DNA of 61,362 nucleotides, counting the filler, from Malassezia furfur (lineage: Eukaryota), in assembly GCA_052055015.1 (NCBI GenBank). It is 9 parts of 9 records of this genome, joined end to end, with 100 filler letters (N's around TTAATTAATTAA, not from the genome) between each part and the next. Parts side by side here need not be neighbours in the genome. Positions count along the whole stretch, not along the records: positions 1 to 6,833 come from JBQJIT010000523.1; positions 6,934 to 13,741 come from JBQJIT010000524.1; 7 more parts are not named here. The stretch is one strand, 5' to 3'. The notes beneath the pieces were generated by a model, which was not told the origin of the DNA, searched no databases, and saw only the letters and a list, made by a program, of their open reading frames with translations. Made by a program: the position numbers and the translations under genes. Position 1 is the first letter of the stretch. Every line of letters starts with the position of its first letter. Positions 1-9,797 of this stretch are shown here, piece by piece.

Positions 1-1
1 A

Positions 2-697
2 GCCCCGTCCACACGCACCCCTTCCCTGCCCCGCAGCGTCCCCAACGCCGACCTTTTTCACACACTCAACTACCTCTACCAACGTGCCCACTACCTCGCG
101 ACATGTGCAGCACTCACCAACCGGCCACACCTCGCGCGCTGGAACGCCGTGGCGATGCGCCAGTTCTTTGCACTCGCACGCCGCGCCGTCATTCGCATGT
201 ACGTCTTCGTCGACCTCTCACACAGCGACCCCGAAATCAAGCGCAGCGTATGCAAGCGGTGCATGCACCTCCTCCTCGAGGGGCTCACGGCACATACGAC
301 CGTCCTTGGTACGCCGCACCCTCACCCAGAAACGCGCCGCACGCGCCTCGTCTCGACACTGTGCCTACACTGCCGCTACGTCCGCGCACGCAACGTGCCC
401 TATCCACCACCCGCACCGACGCGCCCACGCCACCTGTCGCAGCGCCAGCGCCGACGGCGGCACCTCTGGCGTATGCATCACCCTGAGCACGCGCCCAGCC
501 CACCCGACCTCGCCGTGACGCCGTTCGCCGAGCGCGCTCAAGGCACGCCGTGGCGCGCACCGATGCACGCGTACGTGCAGGCGCAGCATGGCGATGTGCG
601 CGCACTCGAAGACGCACTCACGACGCGCGGCGACCACATCACGACAGTAGGGCTCCTGCGCAACGGGCAAGTGGGGCCGCCGCAGGACGCCGCGTAG
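2..697 (+). CDS. RPR2: RNase P/MRP Zn-ribbon subunit (Rpr2/Rpp21/Snm1 family), 5'-partial
   Basis: Frame 2 from the window start reads ...DLFHTLNYLYQRAH...ARRAVIRI|DPEIKRSVCKRC...LCLHC (two CxxC, LNYLYQ and DPxIKRxxCKxC motifs). Probable in-frame 27-nt intron 199-225 (GTACGT...CTCACACAG). Confidence 0.75.
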   Translation, partial: APSTRTPSLPRSVPNADLFHTLNYLYQRAHYLATCAALTNRPHLARWNAVAMRQFFALARRAVIRMYVFVDLSHSDPEIKRSVCKRCMHLLLEGLTAHTTVLGTPHPHPETRRTRLVSTLCLHCRYVRARNVPYPPPAPTRPRHLSQRQRRRRHLWRMHHPEHAPSPPDLAVTPFAERAQGTPWRAPMHAYVQAQHGDVRALEDALTTRGDHITTVGLLRNGQVGPPQDAA

Positions 698-864
698 CGC
701 CGCGGACCTCTCCACGTGGTTTCGGCCTGGTGCCGACGCCGCGGGGGGTTCCAATGCGCACCTCCACAAAAGCAGTGGGGCCACACGCATGCGTTGCGTG
801 CGAAACGCACTGCCGGCGCAGCTCGGAACCACGACCCGAGCACCGCGGCGCCGTCCACCGCACC

Positions 865-2310
865 ATGCTCCGCCACGGTCTCGCCCACGTCCGTCTCACG
901 CTTGCGCGCGCACCTGTGCGCCCGGCCTGGCCCTCGGCGTGCCATGCCCCGGCGTTGGCCCGTGCTCACAGCACGCCTACCGGGCCCCCCACTCCGATCC
1001 CGCGGCATCGCGTCGTGATCGTCGGCGCAGGCTTCGGTGGAATGACGACGATCAACGCACTGCGTGGTGCGCCCGTCGATATCACGCTGATCGACCGCTC
1101 CAACTGCCACCTGTTCCAGCCGCTCCTGTACCAAGTAGGCACGTGCGATCTCGGCACAAGCGACATTGCGTGGCCCATCCGGCACCTGGTCGCGTCGCGC
1201 CCGGAAATCACCACGCTCCTCGGCGAGGTGGATAGCGTCGACAAACACGCACGCTTGGTGCACATCAAGGACGACGCCGATCCCATCCCGTACGATACAC
1301 TCGTCCTTGCGACCGGCGCACGCGACGCCTTCTTTGGGCACGACGAGTGGGAGCACATTGCCCCGGGGCTCAAGACGCTGCGCGACGCCACGACCGTGCG
1401 CCGACGCCTGCTCGTCGGGTTCGAGCTTGCAGAGCGAGTCGCCGATCCGGAGCTGCGCAAGTCGCTCATGACATTCACCATCATCGGCGGTGGGCCGACG
1501 GGCGTCGAGCTGGCGGGCGCCATTGCGCAGATGGCGCACCGCACACTTCCGCACGAGTTCCGGAAGATTGACACACGCGACGCACGCATCGTCCTCATCG
1601 AGGCCGGCACACGCGTCCTTAGCTCCTTCCCAGAAGATCTCTCGGCGTATGCCAAGCGCGCGCTCGAGGACCTCGGCGTCGAAGTCAAGCTGAACCAGCC
1701 GGTGTCGGACTTGCAGGTAGACCGCGTCGTCGCTGGCAACGAGACCATCCCGTGCTCGACCATCTTCTGGGCCGCCGGCGTCCAGGCGTCCGTCGCACAC
1801 CGCTGGATCTCCGCGCCGACCGACAAGGCGGGGCGCATCCAGGTCGAGCCGGACCTTTCGGTGCCGCACCACCCCGAGATCTTTGCGATCGGCGACACCG
1901 CCGCGGTGCACAACGCGGACGGCAGCCCGGTGCCGGGCATTGCCCCTGCCGCCAAGCAGATGGGCAAATATGTGGGGAAACTCGTGCGCAGCCGCATCCA
2001 TGGCGAGCCGGCGCCTGCACCGTTCCGCTACGTGGACATGGGCAGCCTCGCGACCATCGGCAAGAACAAGGCGGTAATTAGCTACAAGGGATTCAAGCTT
2101 CGGGGCTGGATCGCTTGGTGGATGTGGGGGCTCGCACACATTTACTTCCTCATCAGCGTCCGCAGCCGCCTGAGCGTCGCACTCAACTGGCTCTGGAACT
2201 TTACGCGCAACTTTCGCGCCTCTCGCGTAATTACGCAGGACCCGTTCCAGGACTTTCCCAAGGGCTTTCCGGAAAGCGTTTCGAAACGCCGCCAACGTGA
2301 GAATCCATAG
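865..2310 (+). CDS. ndh: Type II NADH:quinone oxidoreductase (NDH-2), bacterial-type, with a putative N-terminal mitochondrial presequence; intronless
   Basis: ATG at 865 (MLRHGLAHVRLTLARAPVRPAW..., Arg-rich, no acidic residues). Then VVIVGAGFGG, DRSNCHLFQPLLYQV, YDTLVLATGA, GGGPTGVELAG, FAIGD, PGIAPAAKQMG and a C-terminal WWMWGLAHIYFL membrane segment. Confidence 0.9.
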   Translation: MLRHGLAHVRLTLARAPVRPAWPSACHAPALARAHSTPTGPPTPIPRHRVVIVGAGFGGMTTINALRGAPVDITLIDRSNCHLFQPLLYQVGTCDLGTSDIAWPIRHLVASRPEITTLLGEVDSVDKHARLVHIKDDADPIPYDTLVLATGARDAFFGHDEWEHIAPGLKTLRDATTVRRRLLVGFELAERVADPELRKSLMTFTIIGGGPTGVELAGAIAQMAHRTLPHEFRKIDTRDARIVLIEAGTRVLSSFPEDLSAYAKRALEDLGVEVKLNQPVSDLQVDRVVAGNETIPCSTIFWAAGVQASVAHRWISAPTDKAGRIQVEPDLSVPHHPEIFAIGDTAAVHNADGSPVPGIAPAAKQMGKYVGKLVRSRIHGEPAPAPFRYVDMGSLATIGKNKAVISYKGFKLRGWIAWWMWGLAHIYFLISVRSRLSVALNWLWNFTRNFRASRVITQDPFQDFPKGFPESVSKRRQRENP

Positions 2311-2560
2311 CGGCGCAGCAAAGCTTGGCGAGGACCGCGCATAAACACGGCGAGACGTTTGCGCCAGCACGAAACACACGTTTATACGAGGAATGCCATC
2401 TATATCGTAGGATCCACGCTGCGCTCGAGCCTAGGGCACTCTGAACAGCCAGCGCCAGTGTCCTCCACCATGCCAAAATTCGATAAAAAGGCCCAATTTC
2501 CTCTGACTGTGGAGGCTCGCCCCGCATCCCTACCATGCCAAGCTCGACTTTCCTTCGCCC

Positions 2561-4095
2561 CTAGACACGCGCAAAACTACCTTGTTGCAGCGCTTCCACA
2601 ATCTCGGAGCGCCAACGAGCAATACGTTTCTGGTGTCCGGCCTCGAAAATTTGCATCCACGCTGGGTCAAAGGGAGGTAGTGGGCGTCCCGGTCCGTCAT
2701 TTCCTGCAAGGTTTCGAATCGTCTCGAAATACTCTTGAAACTCGGGGAAGAGGGCTGTGAATTTCGGACCATTGCCGCGCACCTTTATACGATCCATCTC
2801 CCACTGCTCTTGCTCAACTCGGGGAGGCAAGTGCGCTCGGCCGGCCAACACACGACTGGCAAGCACGGCCTGCCACTCGAACGCTTTAAAGGTCAATCCA
2901 GCGGCAATCTGCATGCGTTAGCAATAACGACACACGCATACGTACCGCTCCCACGAATGCCAAAGTAGAATCATTTATGTTGAATACGTGCAGATACAGT
3001 CCATTGACCCTGTTTCCATCCAGGCACAAGTCCGGCAAATAAGGATAGCTGTAGCGATAGCCTGTTGCAAAAATGATTTTGTCGACCCGGTTTGCCACAG
3101 AGCCATCGCGAAAATACACCGTGCGCTCTGCTGGCGCAATGTGGCTGATCTCGGAACGACGAACAATCCCGGGATGATTCAACGCTGCATCTCCAAAGAA
3201 CGGGTGAACGGTGCCTCGTGATGACGACACCACAGGCGACTTGGCCATGCCGATCAAGTCATGCGCGATGTCCATACCCGACACGGATGAACCGACTACG
3301 ACCACATTCTGGCATGAGCACGAGTGTGGTATACCTTACCATATTTCGATAATGCTCCCGATGCCGATAGTTTTTCGCATGTTCCACCGTAAAGGGATAC
3401 AATTGCTCGAACGCAGCCAGGCCTGGGATGTCGGGGAGGTTGGGCACATTGTAGTGTCCCGAGCACACGACAAGCGCATCAAAGCGCTCCTGCCACCAAT
3501 AATCAAGATCATCATCCGACCGCCGAAGGGTCAAGACCCATTCGGTACCCTGCTTCTCCGCTTTTTCAACCGTGGTGTTGTACTCAACCAGCTTCTCGTA
3601 GCCTTTTCGCTCACATAGGCTTTGGATGTATTGCTGAATCACGCTGTGGTGACGGAAGGGGGTCGTGGGACCATACGCGGCAATGGATGCCTCGGATCGA
3701 ATTTCTGGGATCGGCTCCTCGGTAAACTCCATGGCTCTGGCGTCCACATTCGACTCAAGGTAGGGATACGTTGGCGTATGTGCGTAACGTTCTTGCTGAC
3801 CTTTTTCCTTATAGCAGGGAAGTTTTTTCGGTAAATTAAGAGGCGGATCAAGTTGGGAGAGCTCAGCAATTCCTACAGGCAACCGACGCGACGAGGGGTT
3901 TTCGTCCAAAAGCCTAGAGTGTTAGCCTTTCCATGCACTAGGCCATACGTACCATACACCTCCAGCCTTTTCACGCCGCTCAAACACCTTCACAACGTCA
4001 AATGCCTTCTCGCGAACCAAGGAGTCAAGCGCAATGGCACCAGAGGGCCCAGCACCAATCACTGCTACACGCTGAACGTGATGCTCACGAGCCAT
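2561..4095 (-). CDS. Flavin-containing monooxygenase (FMO/thiol-specific monooxygenase-like), 4 exons
   Basis: MAREHHVQRVAVIGAGPSG...FERREKAGGVW, CSGHY, HAKNYR, VVVGSSVSGMDIA, IIFATGY, LAFVGA|IAAGLTFKAFEWQAV. Introns 3914-3952, 3309-3339 and 2909-2945 restore a continuous frame. Confidence 0.88.
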
Positions 4096-4522
4096 GTTTT
4101 GTAGCGTAGCAGAGGGGAACGCAGATACCTATCTGAAACACTATCCTTTAAACTTAGGAAGGGCATCCAGCCAATACAGAGGTCCACACTACAGGTGCGA
4201 CGGTCAAGAGCACGCACGTATCATGACGTGCTCTTGTGTGGAATTTTGCGACATCGTGGAGAAGCACGTGGCTGGAAGTAGGCACGGAGATCGAGTTCCT
4301 AGGTCGCCCCACAACCATTTTCTCCACACGCAATGCTCTCCTGCTTTATTTTGTCATTCATCAGCATCATGTGATTGACCTCACTCATTGTCCTTCTCAC
4401 GCAGCAACATAACATTTGCCCTATACCTACTCCATCTTGCGTGGTTTTGGCTAGATCCAGAAACACTTTATGTAATCTAGGAACACACTATCATCGGTAC
4501 GATGCACTCGTAATTGATCTAC

Positions 4523-6179
4523 TTAGACGTCACCAACCTTGTCTTTCACCGGCTCCATCCCTGCCATACGGGACTTTTGACGTAAACTTGCACCAAACTT
4601 GTAAAACATGGCAGTTATTGGCAGCAGCAAAAGTGCCAACCCGCCAAGAAGGCTGCATCCGCCCTGAATGATGAGCTTTTTAAACATTTGTGTGGAGAAA
4701 AGAGGAAATGCACCACCCGCTAATGCACGGAACAGTCCGTTGCTTGCATAGGCTGAAGCAGTATACACTGGGTACATTTCTCCCAAGTATCCAAGAAATC
4801 CCTGGAAAAGGAGAAATATGGCGCACTGGAACACTCCGTAGGCCGCGAGGGGTGCATAAACAGGTACACCAGAAAAGGATGTCCAGCCAAACTTTGTGAG
4901 TGCTTCACTATGCTAACGTACCCAAAAAAGCGAAATTGGAACTAAGACTCCACCGACAAAACACGCCTGCATTCTGTATTCCGGCTTCCACTTGCCTGAT
5001 TTGAACCACGGAAGGACAAGCCTTTGGTTGTAAATGCAATACAATATCAAAGCAACTGCGCACACGATCCAACCCGTCACGTAGGCACTGCTAGATTGAC
5101 CTAGTGAGAGTTGGTGGCGCCCCTGAAATGTCTGTTTGTAAGCAAAAATTCGAGGTTGTTTCGTACAAGGGGAAAGGCTTCAAAACTGTTGTTAGCAAGG
5201 GCTCAAACACATACAAGCAGTAGGTAATCCCATAAACATAGGTAATATAAAGGTTGCTAAAGAACAGAACGGGTTCCGTAAACGTCATGTGCAAGGGTCG
5301 AAACAGAGTACTGTAAGCAAGCTGGCTCAGTGTAAGCTGAGCGTCGCGGTCTTCCCCTCGCGAGTGAATGTTTGCGTTCCCGGTAATGCGGCGTAAGACG
5401 CGGGCCCGATGAGTGAGGATCGAATCCGCATTCGTCTCGGGCATGAAAAAGAAGGCAATGAGCCATGTGAGTCCTGTTCCACAGAGTAATGGCCAGATCA
5501 TCCAACGCCATCCTTTCTCCTGAACAGCAAATCCCGATAACAGTGGGCCCATTCCAGGACCACCGCATGCTGCATATGACCAGCATGCAATTCCATTCAT
5601 GAATCCTCCGTCAAGATTCCAAATGTCGCCCATTGTCGCACCCCCTGTAGCTAGAACAGGACTTTCAAGAAACCCAGCGATGAAACGCAAAATCATAAAG
5701 CCTGCGACGTTGTTGCATTGTGCCATGGGGATTTGCATAATGACAAATAGCCCAATACTCACAACGTATGGCCAATTGCGGCCAATGCGGGCAACCTCGG
5801 TAATAGGTGATAGGATCATCGGCCCGAGTCCATAGCCCCATACGAATAGAGAAATGCTCAAGGAGGAGGCGGTTTCCGATATGCCGAACACCTCGCTGAA
5901 TTCAGGAATGCCTGGTACAACGATACTGCTTCCAAGATACACAAACACCGTCATCAAGCAAACCAGAAATGTCACGAAACATTTGTAGAGAAAAGGCCAG
6001 TTTTTGGGATTTTCGGGATCATCGTCTCCGTTCCAATCCACTTAGAGACTCTCTTGTGTACCAAAATAACTTGGTGGTTTGCTCTTTCCCTGCACGATGC
6101 TCTTCTCAAAACGCGTCTTGAACAAATGCTGACCACTAACCAAATACACCACGTTACCGAAAGCAGTGGTAGCAAACAT
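4523..6179 (-). pseudogene. DHA1-family MFS drug:H+ antiporter, otherwise intact but with one in-frame TAA at codon 46
   Basis: ATG at 6179 (MFATTAFGNVVYLVSGQHLF...QESL), TAA at 6042-6044, then VDWNGDDDPENPKNW, GYGLGPMILSPITE..IGR, PEYRM, SLFW|FGWT, YTASAYASNGLFR. Introns 5186-5214, 5132-5166 and 4892-4921. The family call is firm; pseudogene status is less certain. Confidence 0.65.
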
Positions 6180-6760
6180 AGGAGTCGGTCAGTTTGCGTG
6201 AAACGCAAATATTGGCTAGTCTCGGACTAGTAGGAGCCACCACTTTTGAAGTAGAGCTGTCATTTATCGGACTCATTGGAGTAGCACGGCAGCGGGGTAG
6301 GATAGCCAATGTGATCATGAACTTCGGCGTTAACTAAGGTTTCCCTGTCTTTCTCAATGACGCAATTCTCTCAGATGTTACATAAACGCAATCTGCATTT
6401 AGTGAGTCTAAATTTAGCTCGTCCAATAAACATTTGCGCATCGACAGAAATTATTGCACATATCCATAACGAAAAGTAGTCTTTACTATACACGATGATT
6501 GATTGGAGGAAATGGAGGGAATTTTGCGTGAAACGTGCAACGTAGGTAGGCGTACCCTACACCATGTGGTTACGGAGTTAGACTATCGCCGGGACGAAAT
6601 GGGAGCGCGGCCTCGGATATTGGCTAACACCGCAAACGTTTCGGGAGATAGAACAATAATCAATGTTGGCGCGCAAATAGAGATTGTTTTGGGGTGGAAC
6701 GTCTGTGTTTGACAAGAGCATAGCGTAGCTTTCATTTTTGGCTGTTTAATTCTGACATGA

Positions 6761-6833
6761 ATGGGAATAGGAATAGGAATTAGGATTAGGATTAGGATTA
6801 GGATTAGGATTAGGATTAGGATTAGGATTAGGA
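6761..6833 (+). repeat. Telomeric repeat array (TTAGGA)9 preceded by degenerate ATGGGA/ATAGGA units
   Basis: Nine perfect TTAGGA copies at 6780-6833 run to the contig end with the G-rich strand pointing outward; variant units at 6761-6778. Confidence 0.88.
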
Positions 6834-6933
6834 NNNNNNNNNNNNNNNNNNNNNNNNNNNNNNNNNNNNNNNNNNNNTTAATTAATTAANNNNNNNNNNN
6901 NNNNNNNNNNNNNNNNNNNNNNNNNNNNNNNNN
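6834..6933. other. Artificial contig linker
   Basis: N44-TTAATTAATTAA-N44 (stops in all six frames). Confidence 0.98.
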
Positions 6934-7526
6934 ACGCCGCAGTGTGATCTTGTGCGGCTTGGGCGACTCGGCGCGCTCCTCTTTGGGCACGCTGCTCTTG
7001 GCGACCGACTCGGCGAGGCGCCGGCGCTTGGCGTCTGCCGCGTCATCCGGCGCACTGCGCTTCTCGGCCTTTGTTTCGCCCGCAAGCCATGCGTCGTACA
7101 CGTCGGCACTCGCCTCCTTGATCACCGCCTGGGTCAGTGCGCTCCACTTACATGCAAGTCGCGCGCCTGGAGCCAAATTTCGCTGTCGCGCATATTAAAC
7201 CGTTTCGCGTTGTTGCAGATCAGCTCAAAGTCGTGCTTGACGTCCGAAAACGTCGTGTACTCGTGCTGCTTGAGCCGCGTCTTGATATCCGTGAGCGTCA
7301 TGGGCTTCTTGATCACCACGTAGTATTCGGGGTACTGGCGCCGGCTGGGCAGGCGCATGAACGGCTCCGCCAGCGCAACCCCCTCGCGGTCCTTGGCGCG
7401 CAGCACACGCTCGAGCATCTGCTGCCCCATTTTCGTGACCTGCTCGACGGTGGGCACGGGCGCCTCCGACCCCGTGCTCCGCCGCGCGCTCTTGCGCACC
7501 TCGTCCGGCTTCGCGGCGATCGTCAT
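6934..7526 (-). CDS. Bromodomain protein (RSC/polybromo-like), 3'-truncated by gap
   Basis: LAEPFMRLPSRRQYPEYYVVIKKPM...DFELICNNAKRFNMRDSEIW. A 23-nt intron 7129-7151 (GTAAGT..CTGAC.CAG) joins it to the downstream frame. Confidence 0.8.
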
Positions 7527-7582
7527 AGGGGGAATTATGCCACGTGGCGTGTCGCGAGGCGGTGGACCGTTCGTGAGCGATC

Positions 7583-8554
7583 ATGGCGAGTGGACGGGCC
7601 GCGCTGGACTCGAACCCGTTTGACGACCCGAGCGTGCAGAGCGCCATGCACGGCTCGCTCGATGACGACCTAGAGGCTGCTCCGTTTGACACGGACTCGC
7701 TGCACGGTAAGGGCGGCTTGGGCTACGCCGAAACGCTCGATGAGGACGAGGAGGAACTCTACCCCACGAGCACGCACGGCACGGCCCCGGCGCACGCCAT
7801 GCGCGAAGACGATATTGCACGCCGCGAGCGCGAGCTTGCCGAGCGCGAGCGCGAACTCGACGCGCGGACGGAGCACATGCGCAAGTTTGGGCGCAACAAT
7901 TGGCCGCCGTTCTACCCCCTCGTCTACCACGACATTGATGCCGAGATTCCGCCCGACGCGCAGGAGACAATGCGGCACATTTACTACCTGTGGCTGCTGC
8001 TTACTGCCACGTTAATATGGAACGTGCCGACGGTAATTGTGATGGCGATTTCGAGCGTGCCCAACGCCAACTTTATCGGCGCCATCATTTACCTCGTCTT
8101 CATCCCCCCGCTCAGTTTCATGCTGTGGTATCGCCCGGTGTACAACGGTTTGATGAAGGAGCACTCGCTGTTCTACTACGTGTATTTCCTGTTTAGCGGC
8201 TTCCACCTGCTCTTCTCTTTGTACGCCGTTATTGGGTATGCGTCTACAGGCTGTGCCGGCTTGCTGAGTGTGATTTCCGCGTTTTACAACGGCAAGTGGG
8301 TCGGCGGAGCGCTGGCCATCGTGTCGAGCCTTGGGTTTGTCGTGCAGGGCGCCGGCAACCTGTGGTACTACCGAATCGTACGTCGCTGCACCCACTCACC
8401 CAGATCTATCAGCACAACCAAGAGAGTAGGTCGCGACACTTACCCCAGAGGGCCACACGTTTGCGCAGGCCAAGGCCGAGCTTGCCTCGCACGGCGCGCG
8501 CGCCTACTTGTACGTGTCTTACTCACCGGTAGTTTGCGCGGCTCGCGGGTTTGA
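7583..8554 (+). CDS. Secretory carrier membrane protein (SCAMP)
   Basis: NPF motif, RERELAERERELD coil, NNWPPFYPLVYHDI, four TM segments, SFMLWYRPVY. Introns 8378-8403, 8426-8448 and 8510-8532 give the tail IYQHNQEKGHTFAQAKAELASHGARAYF. Confidence 0.9.
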   Translation: MASGRAALDSNPFDDPSVQSAMHGSLDDDLEAAPFDTDSLHGKGGLGYAETLDEDEEELYPTSTHGTAPAHAMREDDIARRERELAERERELDARTEHMRKFGRNNWPPFYPLVYHDIDAEIPPDAQETMRHIYYLWLLLTATLIWNVPTVIVMAISSVPNANFIGAIIYLVFIPPLSFMLWYRPVYNGLMKEHSLFYYVYFLFSGFHLLFSLYAVIGYASTGCAGLLSVISAFYNGKWVGGALAIVSSLGFVVQGAGNLWYYRIVRRCTHSPRSISTTKRVGRDTYPRGPHVCAGQGRACLARRARLLVRVLLTGSLRGSRV

Positions 8555-8636
8555 TAGTTCTCTGTACGTCTGTACGTGTACGTCGGAAGCGAGAAGTACG
8601 TTGCACACTGTGGGATCGCTAGGGGAAGGGGGGTGC

Positions 8637-9667
8637 CTATGCGGCCTGCGCCGAGGGCGCCGCGGTGCTGGCGTACTGCGCCTGCTGCTGCTGCGCCTGA
8701 TGCTGCGCCTGCTGCTTCGCGCTGCTCTCCTTGAGCGCGAGGAGCTGCTTGGAGCGGAACGACTCGTAGAACGTACTGCTCGTCGTCTCGATCAGGTCGT
8801 GCAGATTAGTGCGCAGCATAAAGTCGCGCAGCTGCAAAAACTCGCAGTGCGACTTGTTTTCCACGTTGATCAGACCGCTGCCGACCTGGCGCACACGCAC
8901 CGGCCTGCCGTCCACCTCGACCGTCTTCTCTGCAGTGACCACCGCGAAGGGAAGGAGCGACTGCACCAGCGTGTTCAGCTCGCGGTCCTCGTCGTCGTGG
9001 TCCTCGTGGTCAAAGGGATAGACACGGATGCCGTTGGACTGCAGCGACGCACGAATCCGCTTTTTGAACAGCTCGCGCTCGCCGAGCGTCAGCGCGTCCG
9101 CCTTGGCAATGACTGGGATGACGTTGGCAATGTCGCCAAGCTTCTTGAGCACCTGAATGTCGATCGAGCGCAGCGAGTGACCGGACGGGTCGATGAAGAA
9201 GAGAACGGCGTGCACGCGCGTATCGGGGATATGGCGCTCACGCACCGCAGTCAGCTCCTTGCGCAGGTAGATGCTGTACTGGTCCTTGATGTATTTCACA
9301 ATGGGCTCCCAGCAGTGCTCGTTGTTAATCAGGTCGCCGTAGCCGGGGGTGTCAATGAGGTTCAGCTTGAGCTTGACGCCGTTCTCGACAATGGCTAGGT
9401 CAGTAAGGAGTACGTACTGTGCGACGTCGTCACAATACTCGTCGTCTGGCGCACCTCGTCCGACGGCTCCATACGGCCCTTGGACGAGAGCAGGTCCGAC
9501 GAAAAGAGCGTGTTGATGAGCGAGCTCTTGCCGAGACCCGACTGGCCCACGACCATCACATTGAACTGGAACCCGCGCCGGAGCAGCTTCGACTCGAGCT
9601 GCTTCGTCAGCGTGTCGAAGCCGACGTAGCCATGCAGGGGCGTAGGCACTGGCTCATTCACAGACAT
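8637..9667 (-). CDS. CDC10: Septin, Cdc10 group
   Basis: YVGFDTLTKQLESKLLRRGFQFNVMVVGQSGLGKS, DTPGYGD, DTRVHAVLFFI, VIAKAD; lacks a long C-terminal coil. 23-nt intron 9395-9417. Confidence 0.9.
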
Positions 9668-9725
9668 CCTGGCAAACGGTGGCAGTCCTCGCTGCGCGGC
9701 ACCGCTCCCTCCCCCCGACGCGTGA

Positions 9726-9735
9726 GTCACGTGAC
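9726..9735. promoter_or_regulatory. Palindromic E-box GTCACGTGAC (bHLH/Cbf1-type site) in a divergent promoter
   Basis: Perfect 10-bp palindrome in the 130-bp gap between the CDC10 ATG (9667) and the ATG at 9798; the same core recurs in other promoters. Confidence 0.55.
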
Positions 9736-9797
9736 ACCCCCTCGCGCGCACGGGCGGCGCGCGCGGACGGCTTAACCCCCGCGCTGATCGTTTCGAT

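Noticed and set aside
865..2310. ndh as bacterial contamination
   Set aside because: It is embedded between intron-containing fungal genes on a telomere-ending contig and carries a eukaryote-style leader; chimerism still needs a read check.
538..2379. Long antisense and alternative-frame ORFs (e.g. 538-2379, 10889-12256, 20708-22321, 29173-30780, 36770-38416)
   Set aside because: Shadows of real genes in high-GC DNA with few stop codons; Arg/Ala/Pro-rich and motif-free.
6180..6760. Short ORFs in the telomere-proximal region (e.g. 6503-6712)
   Set aside because: No recognisable motif or coding-like composition; no telomere-linked helicase or retroelement signature seen.
6878..6889. TTAATTAATTAA palindrome recurring eight times
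   Set aside because: Always centred in identical N-runs; a synthetic six-frame-stop linker, not biology.
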